Positions 47,834 through 57,961 of a stretch of DNA of 64,000 nucleotides are shown here, piece after piece. Origin of the DNA: Bacteroidales bacterium (GTDB taxonomy: Bacteria; Bacteroidota; Bacteroidia; Bacteroidales; VadinHA17). Under the pieces are notes generated by a model, which searched no databases, was not told where the DNA came from, and saw only the letters and a list, made by a program, of their open reading frames with translations. Both the position numbers and the translations under genes were made by a program. Positions within the stretch are counted from its first letter, which is position 1, and the number at the start of each line of letters is the position of its first letter. Location: assembly GCA_003141715.1 (NCBI GenBank), contig PLNF01000096.1, forward strand, positions 2,365-66,364. Direction: 5' to 3'.

Positions 47834-47944
47834 AATATAGGATATGCGTGTGAGTACTGAACAGGGAATAACAGACTTCTGATACCCCAAGACTATGACA
47901 TGCCTTTAAATCGCTTAGAAATGCCCATCTTTTAATTTTGCCTT

Positions 47945-48112
47945 ATGAACGAAACTAATATGCGCCTTGTCGTTTTTAGCAGTGTAAAAGGCTATCGCTT
48001 TGAATTTTGGGGTCACCTTCTTTTCTATCCCTGAACAAACCAGGGAAATAAATAAAAAGGAGAATACAATTGTCTGAAATCCTATCTTTTTGATTCTATT
48101 TAATCTTAACAT
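47945..48112 (-). pseudogene. N-terminal 56 codons of the split ThuA-like gene
   Basis: ORF 47915..48112 encodes MLRLNRIKKIGFQTIVFSFLFISLVCSG...KAIAFYTAKNDKAHISFVH. It then reads 9 element-derived residues and stops. It joins in frame to 39127 at the shared His codon. Confidence 0.75.
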
Positions 48113-48344
48113 TGTGCAGGGTATTTGAAATATTGATATTGGTAAAGAGAATTCGTTGCATAATACGACCAGAAGGATGGACCACTTTCTACAAAACAGA
48201 CTGGCACATTCTTAATAAAGGTTTTTAGCCAGGTTGAACAGTAATCCATTCCGGCCTCTTCTGAAGCAAAATTAAAAGAAAAACGGGAAAGTCCGAACAG
48301 ACTTTATATATTTACGTCTTAGCTTCCTAATCAGTACACTTTTA

Positions 48345-49967
48345 ATGATATATGATTATATAGTAATTGGTTCGGGATTTGGTGGAAGCGTTGCCAGCCT
48401 GCGCCTCGTTGAAAAAGGTTACAAGGTCCTTCTCCTGGAGCAGGGAAAACGCTTTAATCCGGAAGATTTTCCCAAAACAAACTGGAATATTCCAAAATAC
48501 TTATGGATCCCGGCACTAAGATGCTTTGGATTTCAGAAACTTTCATTTTATACTACAGCAAGTATATTGAGCGGGGTAGGAGTCGGTGGAGGAAGCCTGG
48601 TTTATGCCAATACCTTATATATTCCGCCGGATGAGTTTTTCAACAACCTGTCCTGGAACAGATTCGGCGACTGGAAAAAAGTCCTTGAGCCGTTCTTTGA
48701 CAGGGCCTCATTCATGCTTGGAAGAAAAAAATATTCGAAGCTGAATACCGAAGATAAGTTTCTTGAAGAAGTTTCAAAAGAGATGAATGCTCATAGTACA
48801 TTTGAAACTGTTCATGTAGGAGTAAATATCGATGGAACGGAAGAGGAGAGTGATCCATATTTCAATGGGTTAGGTCCGCTTCGAAAGGGATGCGTTGAAT
48901 GTGCCGGATGCATGGTAGGATGCAGGGAAAATGCTAAAAACACCCTCGACAGGAACTATCTGTGGTTTGCAGAAAAAATGGGATTGGAGATACTTCCTGA
49001 AACGAAAGCAGAAAAAATATCCTATCACGATAGTCTGTACTATGTTGAAACAAAAAGTATAACCTCCTTTTTCAGAGGGAGAAAAAAGATTTTCAGAGCA
49101 AAAGGAATTGTCGTAGCTGCCGGTGCATTAGGAACATTGGAACTCCTGCTTAAACAGAAGTATAAATATGCCACATTGTCGTCGTTATCTGATACACTTG
49201 GTTATGAATTAAGGACCAATGCTGAAACTCTTTGTGCCGTTTCCGGAGGTTTTGAAAAACTTAATAACGGTTTGGCTATTACATCGGTCTTCAGCCCTGA
49301 TCCCTATACTCACGTTGAGATTGTAAAATATCCCGATAAGTCAAACGCAATGAAGTGGTTTTTCGGTCTTTCGGTACCGGGCGCTCGCAACTCAGCCAGA
49401 AGGACCTGGAAACTGTTTGCAAAGACCTTTACCCATCCATGGTTGTTTCTGAAAACAGCTTTTAACTTTAGCTGGTCGACCAGGACAGTAATATTTCTGG
49501 TTATGCAAACGACAGACAATGCTATGAAAATGGTATGGGAAAATGGACTTTTCGGTGATAAAATGAAGATAGACAACAGGGGAAACAAGAAAGTGCCGGC
49601 TTTTATTCCTGTCGGACAAGAGGTTATGGAACGTTATGCGAGAAAGGTGACCGGGATATCACAGAATATATTGCTTGAGGTGTTTTTCAACAGGCCTACA
49701 ACAGCTCATATTCTTGGAGGTTGTCCTATGTCTGATTCCATCGAAACGGGTGTTGTGGATAAAGACCTGAAGGTTCATGGATACCCCGATTTTTACATAA
49801 CCGATGGCTCTGTAATTCAGGGTAACATCGGAGTTAATCCCAGCCTGACAATTACAGCAATGGCTGAGTATTGCATGAGCAGAATCCCTTCCGGGGAGGC
49901 TGAATCAGTTACTGATATTTCTAAACAATTAAAACTTCTTGAAGAAGAATGGAAAAAGAAGAAATAG
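48345..49967 (+). CDS. GMC-family FAD-dependent oxidoreductase
   Basis: 540-aa ORF. It has the N-terminal [35 protein letters not shown]-binding fold and the C-terminal GMC signature region (HILGGCPM...[14 protein letters not shown]). Confidence 0.85.
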   Translation: MIYDYIVIGSGFGGSVASLRLVEKGYKVLLLEQGKRFNPEDFPKTNWNIPKYLWIPALRCFGFQKLSFYTTASILSGVGVGGGSLVYANTLYIPPDEFFNNLSWNRFGDWKKVLEPFFDRASFMLGRKKYSKLNTEDKFLEEVSKEMNAHSTFETVHVGVNIDGTEEESDPYFNGLGPLRKGCVECAGCMVGCRENAKNTLDRNYLWFAEKMGLEILPETKAEKISYHDSLYYVETKSITSFFRGRKKIFRAKGIVVAAGALGTLELLLKQKYKYATLSSLSDTLGYELRTNAETLCAVSGGFEKLNNGLAITSVFSPDPYTHVEIVKYPDKSNAMKWFFGLSVPGARNSARRTWKLFAKTFTHPWLFLKTAFNFSWSTRTVIFLVMQTTDNAMKMVWENGLFGDKMKIDNRGNKKVPAFIPVGQEVMERYARKVTGISQNILLEVFFNRPTTAHILGGCPMSDSIETGVVDKDLKVHGYPDFYITDGSVIQGNIGVNPSLTITAMAEYCMSRIPSGEAESVTDISKQLKLLEEEWKKKK

Positions 49968-51325
49968 GGCTCATTATTGATACACAGAGAAAATTTTTTG
50001 CCACAGGCAAAACATTCGATATAAAATACAGAATTGAAATTCTGAAAAAGTTGCGTTCTCTTATTATAGTCAATGAGAAAGAGATTGTTGACACATTATG
50101 GAAAGACTTACACAAGCCTGAGCTTGAAGTGATTGGTACAGAATCGAGACTTGTAATAAAAGAGCTTAACCTTGCCATTCGGAAACTGAGAAACTGGTCA
50201 AAGCACAGAAGAGTCTATACTCCGATAGTGCATTTCCTTTCGCAAAGTTTTGTTGCTCCGCAACCATATGGCCAGGTACTGATACTATCACCCTGGAATT
50301 TTCCCTTTATGCTTGCTTTTATGCCCTTGGTGGGGGCAATTGCGGCCGGCAATTGTGTAATACTGAAGGTTTCCAGGCAGGCACCGAATATTATAACTGT
50401 GATGGAAAAGATACTCAGCAATTTTCCTCAGGAGCTTGTTGCAATGACAAATGGCGATCATAGCATAAGTGAGTACCTTCTTGAACAGAAGTTTGATTAT
50501 ATCTTTTTTACCGGAAGCTGCAGGGTGGGCAAGTATGTGATGCAAAAAGCAGCTGAAAATCTTATCCCGGTTTCTCTTGAACTGGGAGGAAAGAATCCAT
50601 GTGTAGTTGCAGCCGATGCCAGACTTGATTATGCTGCAAAAAGGATTGCCTGGGGGAAATTCCTTAACTGCGGACAGACATGTGTCAGTCCTGATTATTT
50701 AGTGATTGATAAAAAAGTGAAGGATCGGTTCCTGGAGCTTATATGCAGGGAGATTAAATTGTTTTATGGTGATAATCCGGAGAAGAGCGATGATTTTGCA
50801 AGAGTCATCAGTTCTGATAATGTTCACAGACTTTCAGAGCTTATGAAGTGCGGTCAAATAGTTACCGGAGGAATTACAGATGCAGAATCCCGGTATGTTG
50901 CTCCGACAATCATTAAAGATGTAAAACCTGATGATCCGATAATGCAGGAAGAGATATTCGGGCCGGTTCTGCCAGTAATTGACTTTAATGAATTCGAAGA
51001 AGTATACAGTATAATAGAACAAAACCCAAAGCCACTTTCTACTTATATTTTTACTCAGAATAATAAGCTTGTCCGTGAGTTTCTGAGAAGAACCCGTTCC
51101 GGGAATGCAGGTGTTAACGAGACTGTCTTACAGATTGCTTCTCCGTATCTTCCGTATGGAGGTGTCGGAAGCAGCGGAATGGGTAGATATCATGGGAAAT
51201 CCTCATTTGACACTTTTTCGAACCTGCGTTCGGTACTGGTAAAATCGAATCTGTTTGATATCCCTGTACGTTATCCTCCTTATTCAATGTTAAAGGCTAA
51301 AATAGTAAGTTTGCTGATAAGGTAA
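49949..51325 (+). CDS. Aldehyde dehydrogenase (class-3 / fatty-aldehyde type)
   Basis: 458-aa ORF. It has [10 protein letters not shown], the catalytic-Cys region GQTCVSPDY and [10 protein letters not shown]. It overlaps the GMC gene by 19 nt. Confidence 0.9.
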   Translation: MEKEEIGLIIDTQRKFFATGKTFDIKYRIEILKKLRSLIIVNEKEIVDTLWKDLHKPELEVIGTESRLVIKELNLAIRKLRNWSKHRRVYTPIVHFLSQSFVAPQPYGQVLILSPWNFPFMLAFMPLVGAIAAGNCVILKVSRQAPNIITVMEKILSNFPQELVAMTNGDHSISEYLLEQKFDYIFFTGSCRVGKYVMQKAAENLIPVSLELGGKNPCVVAADARLDYAAKRIAWGKFLNCGQTCVSPDYLVIDKKVKDRFLELICREIKLFYGDNPEKSDDFARVISSDNVHRLSELMKCGQIVTGGITDAESRYVAPTIIKDVKPDDPIMQEEIFGPVLPVIDFNEFEEVYSIIEQNPKPLSTYIFTQNNKLVREFLRRTRSGNAGVNETVLQIASPYLPYGGVGSSGMGRYHGKSSFDTFSNLRSVLVKSNLFDIPVRYPPYSMLKAKIVSLLIR

Positions 51326-51347
51326 CAATTATCTGGATAGAAACTCA

Positions 51348-52469
51348 TTATCGTACTGAATTATAGCCTCCGGGCACTCCTTTTTTGGAAAGGACTATCT
51401 GCCATACCTGATTGCGTCTTCTTGATCTGAATGAACCAGCGGAAGAAAGGAGAAAATACTTCCACATTCTGTAAAAGCGTTCAGAATATTGATTTTTTAT
51501 TTTCTCCCAGTTCTTATCAAAGTTCTGGTACCAGGCCATTAGTGTCTTATCGTAATCCTGACCAAAGGAGTGCCAGTCTTCCATCACGAAATGTTTTTCG
51601 ATTGCTTTTCCAATCTGGGCAACAGAGGGGAGAACTCCGTTTGGAAAAATATATTTTTCAGACCAAAGATCAAGAGTATCCTCCGATATATTCGTTCCGA
51701 TAGTATGAAGAAGAAACAGTCCATCATCTCTCAGGCATTTATCAGCAATTTCGAAGAAAGTTTTGTAATTTTTATAACCTACATGCTCAAACATTCCGAC
51801 ACTGACAATCCTGTTATATTTTTCATTAAGATCCCGATAATCCATAAGCCGTATATCAATGGGCAAGCCTTCACATAATTTTTTCCCTAACTCTACCTGT
51901 TCTTTTGAGACTGTAATTCCTGTAACCTCAACCTTATAATTCTCCGCTGCATATTTTCCGAAAGCGCTCCAGCCGCACCCGATATCCAGAACTCGCATTC
52001 CCGGTTTAAGATAAATCTTGCGACAGATTAACTCAAGTTTGTTCTCCTGGGCCTCATCTAAATTCTGTGCATTCTTCCAGTATCCGCAACTATAAACCAT
52101 CCGTTTATCGAGCATACTTTGAAAGAGATCATTGCCCAGATCATAATGCTTTTCTCCGACGATGAATGCTCTACCTCTGGTTTGAAGGTTAAAAAGTCGC
52201 ACTGATAAAAGTCTGAAGAGAATTGACAATTTCAGCCTGATTTTCTCATCGAGCTGAGCTTTCAATATCTGACAGATAAATTCATCGATTTTTTCAGCAT
52301 CCCACCAACAGTCCATATAGGATTCGCCCACACCCAATTCACCTTCTGTGATTGCTCTCCTGTAAAACTCATCATTGTGCACTCTAATATCCCAGGGATT
52401 ATTCCCGTTAATCTTAACCCCGGCAAGTGCTAAGATGTCTTCCGCAATTGTTTTAAACTTGTTCTCCAT
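51348..52469 (-). CDS. cfa: Cyclopropane-fatty-acyl-phospholipid synthase
   Basis: 373-aa ORF. It has the SAM motif VLDIGCGWSAF, SVGMFEHVG and the CFA-synthase-like N-terminal region YSCGYW. Confidence 0.85.
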   Translation of the reverse strand: MENKFKTIAEDILALAGVKINGNNPWDIRVHNDEFYRRAITEGELGVGESYMDCWWDAEKIDEFICQILKAQLDEKIRLKLSILFRLLSVRLFNLQTRGRAFIVGEKHYDLGNDLFQSMLDKRMVYSCGYWKNAQNLDEAQENKLELICRKIYLKPGMRVLDIGCGWSAFGKYAAENYKVEVTGITVSKEQVELGKKLCEGLPIDIRLMDYRDLNEKYNRIVSVGMFEHVGYKNYKTFFEIADKCLRDDGLFLLHTIGTNISEDTLDLWSEKYIFPNGVLPSVAQIGKAIEKHFVMEDWHSFGQDYDKTLMAWYQNFDKNWEKIKNQYSERFYRMWKYFLLSSAGSFRSRRRNQVWQIVLSKKGVPGGYNSVR

Positions 52470-52642
52470 AACGTTTATCAGATTTGGGGTCAGATAAAAT
52501 GGTCAGGAAGAGATTATTCTTTCAGAGTTGAATGAGATTATATACCTGCTGATATTTAATAAAAAACAGAAACGGTTTTAATTTTGTTCAATCTTAAACC
52601 AAAGTTAATACTTAATTCATAACTTGTCAACTATTTTTTAAT

Positions 52643-52680
52643 GTCTTGCGGTCTTGCAGTCTTGCAGTCTTGCAGTCTCG
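52643..52680. repeat. Octamer tandem repeat (GTCTTGCA) of about 4.5 copies
   Basis: Read directly as gtcttgcg gtcttgca gtcttgca gtcttgca gtctcg. It ends 44 nt upstream of the ATG at 52724. Confidence 0.9.
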
Positions 52681-52723
52681 GTAAATTCGATTATTTTTGA
52701 TAGAAAATTGAAATAGTTGTTGA

Positions 52724-53824
52724 ATGGATCAGGAAAAAGCTATTGTAGGTTTTATAGGATCAGGAGGTATAGCACGCTCTCATGCATATTCACTCAATTC
52801 ATTGCGGTATTTTTATGATGATGTTCCGGAAATTGAACTTCAGGCTGTTTGCTCCGCCACAAAAGAGAGTCGGACGTCGTTCGCCAAACAATTTGGGTTC
52901 ATTAAATCGTATGATTTAGAGGAGTTTGTTGCAGAAAATAAGATAAACACTGTCTTTATCCTTAGTCCAAATAAAGTACATTATGAACACTTTAAGTCAG
53001 TTATAGGAAAGACTGGTTTAAAGCGGATTTATCTTGAAAAACCTGTTTGCTCAAATCTTGAGGAAGAGAAAGCAATTGCCGGATTAATCCAAAATCATTC
53101 AGCTATAAAAATTCAGGTTGGTTTTCAGTTCCTCTTTTCAGCAACGGTCAGGGATATGCTCGTTCTCTGGAAATCAGGGAAGCTTGGTAAACCTCTGCAT
53201 TTCGATCTGAAATACTGGCACAGCGATTATCTCCGGAAGGAATACCGCGACAGGCGTCAATCGCGTCTGACACCGGCACCCGAAGGTGGAGCTATGGCCG
53301 ATCTTGGTTCTCATTCCTTAAGTCTGTTAATTGCGTTTCTTGGTAGCCGGCTGAGAATAACCGGCGCTTTGCAGGGTGGTCATTTTGCAGATGTAAATGA
53401 AGATTCTGATCTTTTCAGCCTTATTAATATTTATGATGATGCCACAGGAGCTGTAGGATCGCTTTCGGCGAGTCGCATCAGTTCCGGAACAGGTGATTAT
53501 TTCTCTGTTGAGATTTATGCTCAGGAAGGTGCATTAAGATACTCCACAAATTCACCCGACTGTTTCGAGTTTTATACAGAGGAGTCTGGTATTTGGAACA
53601 GAAGGATGGTTGGAAGTAACTACAAACCTTTCAGCAGTTTCCCTTCGGCACATGTCCCTCCGGGATGGCTGCGGTCTATGATTCATGCTCATTATCTATT
53701 CCTTACTGATAACAACAATAAAGAATTTGTACCCGATATTGAACATGGTCTGGCAGTACAGAGATTAGTGACACAAACAGCGGAGCAATTGAAAACATTC
53801 AGAAAATTGACAAAAAGTGGATAA
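52724..53824 (+). CDS. Gfo/Idh/MocA-family oxidoreductase (cytoplasmic)
   Basis: 366-aa ORF. GFIGSGGIARSHA Rossmann start and the EKP motif (IYLEKPV). Confidence 0.8.
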   Translation: MDQEKAIVGFIGSGGIARSHAYSLNSLRYFYDDVPEIELQAVCSATKESRTSFAKQFGFIKSYDLEEFVAENKINTVFILSPNKVHYEHFKSVIGKTGLKRIYLEKPVCSNLEEEKAIAGLIQNHSAIKIQVGFQFLFSATVRDMLVLWKSGKLGKPLHFDLKYWHSDYLRKEYRDRRQSRLTPAPEGGAMADLGSHSLSLLIAFLGSRLRITGALQGGHFADVNEDSDLFSLINIYDDATGAVGSLSASRISSGTGDYFSVEIYAQEGALRYSTNSPDCFEFYTEESGIWNRRMVGSNYKPFSSFPSAHVPPGWLRSMIHAHYLFLTDNNNKEFVPDIEHGLAVQRLVTQTAEQLKTFRKLTKSG

Positions 53825-53874
53825 TTACAGGTTGCTCGTTTCGCGTTTCTTGTTTCCTAGTATCTGATTTTTAA

Positions 53875-55422
53875 TTAAAAAATATCGAGCTTTTTCTTTT
53901 TGCTATCCACATTTTGATAAAACAAATCAGTAAAAGCTTCATTTGCACCTGTAAGCAGATAAATTTCTGTACCAGACTCCCTTGCATATGAATTTTCAAC
54001 TACCCCCATAAGTTTGCATTCTTTAAACTGACCGGTTATTCGCTGGCCAGGATTCTTTCCAACTAACAGTATATTCTGAATCTTCTTTAAGCGGGGCAGC
54101 CAGTAAATATAATCCGTGTTATAGGAGTAAGCCTCCGGCATTTTTGTCCGGTTAAAGTAATTTAGGGCACCTGCCTGGCCATAATTAAAACAAATTACCA
54201 GTGTATTTTCACGCTCATTTGAGGGGATCATATTATAGGCTGCAAGTGATTTATCTGCCATCTCATGCCATCCGAGCATGTCAGCAAAATCCTGTGGTAG
54301 ATTGTGGTTTTTTCCATCCTCCCAGCGAAGTAAACCTAATTTTTCAAATGCCTTTGAATTCTGTCTGATCTCAGCCGGAGCATAAATAGGATATACTACC
54401 TTAAGTGTAATCAGAAATATGCCAAGATTAAAAGCGATCAACAGTGGAAGAGCTATCAATCTCCATTTTTTTGATAAAATACTATCGATATAGACACTCC
54501 CAAAAGCAATTACAACAGGGTATATCCCTATCGCATAATAATCCTTCGCCTTCATATAAGCGAAAAGCGCTATTACTGCCACAAAACAAATCCCAATAAA
54601 TCTATAGGCTCTGAAAGGCTTGAAAAAGAAAAATGCCACAATAGCACCGGCAGTCAGAGGTAATGAGCCGAAAAAGAATAAAACCTGGCTTATCAGGAAA
54701 CCGGTTGATGAGTTATTATCAAGTTGATTGTGCTTCAGTACTTTCATATGCTGAAAGACCGGGAAGTGATTTACTATCTGCCAGATAATATTGGGAGATA
54801 ATAATATTAAACTGATTATCAGAGCTTTCCAGAAATTCGGATTGGTAAATATCTTTCTCTGATATGTAAGCAACAAGCCAATAACCAACCCGGCCAGTAA
54901 AAACAAAAGATTGTATTTATTGTAAAAACCAATGGCAATAACAACTGATAAAAACCACAACCATTTAGTTTTTTCAGATTGAAGAAATTTAACCAGCAGA
55001 TAAAAAATAATTGTCCATGTCAGTATATCGAAAGAGTTTGGTTGATAAAGAATATTTATTCTCACCAAATTCGAGAAAACCAGCGCACATGATGCTAATA
55101 TCTTTGAAAACAGATTACCACCGACCGACTCAGCAATCAGCCATGTGAAAGCGATAGTAAGGGCACCAAAAAGGGCAGGGAAAAATCGTATCCAGAACAT
55201 GCTTCCCCCAAGAAAATATATTATTTTAGAAATAAATGCGGTAAAAGGAGGTACAGAAATGTATCCAAATGCAAGATGATCTGTCTGGTTGAGATATAGA
55301 AACTCATCCCTGTGCAGCTCATAAACCGGATTGACAAGTATATATTGTAATATTAGTTTTATGCCAATCAGAAGTAAAAGAACCCAATATCGGTTAATGA
55401 ATCTTTTGAATTTGAAATCCAT
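53875..55422 (-). CDS. ArnT/PMT-like glycosyltransferase (GT39/GT83 type)
   Basis: 515-aa ORF with about 11 TM helices. The first-loop motif HRDEFLYLNQTDHLAFGYISVPPF is typical of dolichyl/undecaprenyl-phosphate-sugar transferases. Confidence 0.75.
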   Translation of the reverse strand: MDFKFKRFINRYWVLLLLIGIKLILQYILVNPVYELHRDEFLYLNQTDHLAFGYISVPPFTAFISKIIYFLGGSMFWIRFFPALFGALTIAFTWLIAESVGGNLFSKILASCALVFSNLVRINILYQPNSFDILTWTIIFYLLVKFLQSEKTKWLWFLSVVIAIGFYNKYNLLFLLAGLVIGLLLTYQRKIFTNPNFWKALIISLILLSPNIIWQIVNHFPVFQHMKVLKHNQLDNNSSTGFLISQVLFFFGSLPLTAGAIVAFFFFKPFRAYRFIGICFVAVIALFAYMKAKDYYAIGIYPVVIAFGSVYIDSILSKKWRLIALPLLIAFNLGIFLITLKVVYPIYAPAEIRQNSKAFEKLGLLRWEDGKNHNLPQDFADMLGWHEMADKSLAAYNMIPSNERENTLVICFNYGQAGALNYFNRTKMPEAYSYNTDYIYWLPRLKKIQNILLVGKNPGQRITGQFKECKLMGVVENSYARESGTEIYLLTGANEAFTDLFYQNVDSKKKKLDIF

Positions 55423-55664
55423 TTGAATTTTTTTTTTTGAATTGTTTATGAGTATGGTTTAAATTGATCAAAATTGAAATTGAAATAGTGAACATGATGT
55501 TAACTGCCTGTAAATTAATTTTCAGCTAATTTATAAAATATTTACACTTGCTATTTAAGGAAAGAGATGTAATTTTAAACTGTGAATTATCAAGCATATT
55601 GGATCTGGCATTCAAATAGAATCAACAATAATTATAAATAATAAAATAGTAACATTATTAAGAA

Positions 55665-56027
55665 ATGATATCAAAGATTTTATATTGGACTCCGCGGATT
55701 TTAACTATACTTTCAATTTTTTTTATGACGATGTTTTCATTTGATGTGTTTGGAGGAAATGAGTCTTTTGGTATGAAGATGCTTGGGTTCCTGATGCATA
55801 ATATTCCGGTTTTGATATTAATCGCTATTTTAATTATTGCATGGAAATGGGAAGTGGCAGGCGGGGCTCTTTTCATACTGGCTTCGATATCCGGGACTGT
55901 CTTTTTTCATTCTTTTTCAGGAAATCCGGGTTCACTTATGGTTATTGCGCCGTTTTTACTTATCGGGATATTATTTATCCTTCACGCGGTTTTCTTTGGA
56001 GTGAGTCCTGTGAAGAAAAATGTTTGA
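55665..56027 (+). CDS. Small integral membrane protein
   Basis: 120-aa ORF with four hydrophobic helices. Confidence 0.5.
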   Translation: MISKILYWTPRILTILSIFFMTMFSFDVFGGNESFGMKMLGFLMHNIPVLILIAILIIAWKWEVAGGALFILASISGTVFFHSFSGNPGSLMVIAPFLLIGILFILHAVFFGVSPVKKNV

Positions 56028-56055
56028 GCTTTGCCTGACCGTCGGATAAAAATTC

Positions 56056-57219
56056 TTACAGATATCTAAGGAGTTGTTTCTCTTTGTGTTCAGATTTATA
56101 CCTGCCATACCATTTGCACACAGGATACAGAAGGACAACAACGCTTAACCAGATTAAATAAATCGCAGGCAGTTCCACTCCGCCACCTGTTTCAGGCCGG
56201 CCATTCTTAAAGACGCCAAAAAGCAGGTCCTTGCTGCCAAACCCCTGTAAATACAACATTGCAAACATAAGAGAATGAATTATAAAAAGATGGAGGATAA
56301 AATAAAACAGCGGCACTCTTCCATAAACAGATAGTATTTCGGTAAACCTGTTCTTTAGCTTCTCTGAAATGAACAGCAACAAAAACATTATTCCAAGGAA
56401 CAATAATGTAAAGAGGAGCGAAGGGGGGTATTTTGTTGTATTTATAAATGAAAGAAATGTAAAAAGAGCCGACTTTTGCCTCGACCATACAGAAGGATCT
56501 CCATAAATATTTATAAACCTGATGATGGTGAACAGGGATAATGATCCCAACCCGATCCTGAAAAATATTTTATTTCTTTTTTCAGCCGGAATTTCAAAAG
56601 ATTCTCCAGATGCAAACCCTGTCAGCATAATTCCAAGCCATGGTACAAGCGGATATGCTGTGAAAAATGAAAAGCCGGGAGTTATGCTCATCATAAAAGG
56701 GCGCAATAATACAGAAGAAAAGAAAATCGCAACCGGGTTTGCCGGAATAGAGATGCCCTGCAAAAGGTTATGGCAGAAGATTATAACTAGTCCGATTATG
56801 CCTATTATCCGGGATGGTAATTTTAAAAGCAACGAAAGAACGATAAAACTCAATCCGATAGCTGAAATAACTTCTATTATCATCAACCGGAAATGTATAT
56901 CGTACCAAAGAGCGAAGTTTACAAAAGTAAATTCCAGGATGACCAGCCAGATTCCCCTTTTCAGCAGGAAGGCTCTGCTTACAGAAATATTATTACTCCT
57001 TTTAAATGAAATGTAAGCAGAAACACCAGATAAAAAGACAAAAGTAGGTGCACACAGGTGTGTAACCCATCTGGTCATAAATAATAAAGTCGTAGTCGTT
57101 TGCAAGTTTGTCGGACTCTGACTTATTGAAGTCGAATGCATAAAATCTCTTACATGGTCCAACGCCATGATTACCATTACCAGACCTCTTGTTACATCAA
57201 TACTGTTTATGCGCTTCAT
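56056..57219 (-). CDS. DUF1624 / heparan-alpha-glucosaminide N-acetyltransferase-like membrane acyltransferase
   Basis: 387-aa ORF. The N-terminal RINSIDVTRGLVMVIMALDHVRDF motif and about 10 TM helices. Confidence 0.7.
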   Translation of the reverse strand: MKRINSIDVTRGLVMVIMALDHVRDFMHSTSISQSPTNLQTTTTLLFMTRWVTHLCAPTFVFLSGVSAYISFKRSNNISVSRAFLLKRGIWLVILEFTFVNFALWYDIHFRLMIIEVISAIGLSFIVLSLLLKLPSRIIGIIGLVIIFCHNLLQGISIPANPVAIFFSSVLLRPFMMSITPGFSFFTAYPLVPWLGIMLTGFASGESFEIPAEKRNKIFFRIGLGSLSLFTIIRFINIYGDPSVWSRQKSALFTFLSFINTTKYPPSLLFTLLFLGIMFLLLFISEKLKNRFTEILSVYGRVPLFYFILHLFIIHSLMFAMLYLQGFGSKDLLFGVFKNGRPETGGGVELPAIYLIWLSVVVLLYPVCKWYGRYKSEHKEKQLLRYL

Positions 57220-57342
57220 CTCTCACAGCATCTTAAGTTTGCTCATATAAATGTTTCTTATTGGAAGTTCTTGTCTCTCGTTTTTCAATGCACATAAAAT
57301 CGGGATCAGGATTAATAAGTTACTGTTTGAGTAAATGGCTGA

Positions 57343-57855
57343 TTATATTTTGATAAGATCTCCAATAATACTGATTGAATCTGAAATGCATTTTTCACAG
57401 ACTGTTTCAAACAGATTATTATCTTTTGCATAACGATGTCCTTCTTCTGTTTTTAAATCACATTTCAACAATGCTAAACAATCTGTAGTGCCATTGATCT
57501 GCTTAAATTTTTTACTGAATTGTTGTATCATCTCATAGGTTTTTTCTTTTCTATCCTGGTTATCGGTAAACTTTTTACAGTTATAAACACCGAGTACCAT
57601 GTAGGACCCTGTAACGGCACCGCATGTCTCCTGCAGTCTGCCCATTCCTCCTCCGAATCCGCATGCAATACTTAATGCAAGCTTTTTATCAAAATTCATT
57701 TCCTCTGAATAAGCAGTTAATACAGCCTGTGCACAGTTCAGTCCTGATTTGAATGACCCGATTGCTTTTTCTTCAATGTGTTTTATCATATCTTTTTTTT
57801 GCTTTAAAGGTAAAAGATTTTCTCTGGGCAACTCTGTGTTTCCTCTTTGATTCAT
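57343..57855 (-). CDS. C_GCAxxG_C_C-family protein
   Basis: NCAQAVL...ACGFGGGMG...TCGAVTG...C...C pattern. The likely start is the MIKHIEEK methionine at 57789. Confidence 0.7.
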   Translation of the reverse strand: MNQRGNTELPRENLLPLKQKKDMIKHIEEKAIGSFKSGLNCAQAVLTAYSEEMNFDKKLALSIACGFGGGMGRLQETCGAVTGSYMVLGVYNCKKFTDNQDRKEKTYEMIQQFSKKFKQINGTTDCLALLKCDLKTEEGHRYAKDNNLFETVCEKCISDSISIIGDLIKI

Positions 57856-57961
57856 CTGTGATTCTCTGTATAACCAAAAAACTTAGATGGAATCGAATAA
57901 TTTTTTCATTAATAAAAGTATTGATATTTAACTCTTTGCGGCCTTTGCTAAAACTTTGCGG

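Larger units (their letters stand above)
39128..47944 (+). mobile_element. Integrated serine-recombinase element of about 8.8 kb with its own replication module
   Basis: It interrupts the ThuA-like ORF. Junctions are cgcctcATGtatgac on the left and tgccttATGaacgaa on the right. The recombinase gene starts 50 nt inside the left end. The interior is visibly more AT-rich than the flanks (by eye). Confidence 0.8.
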
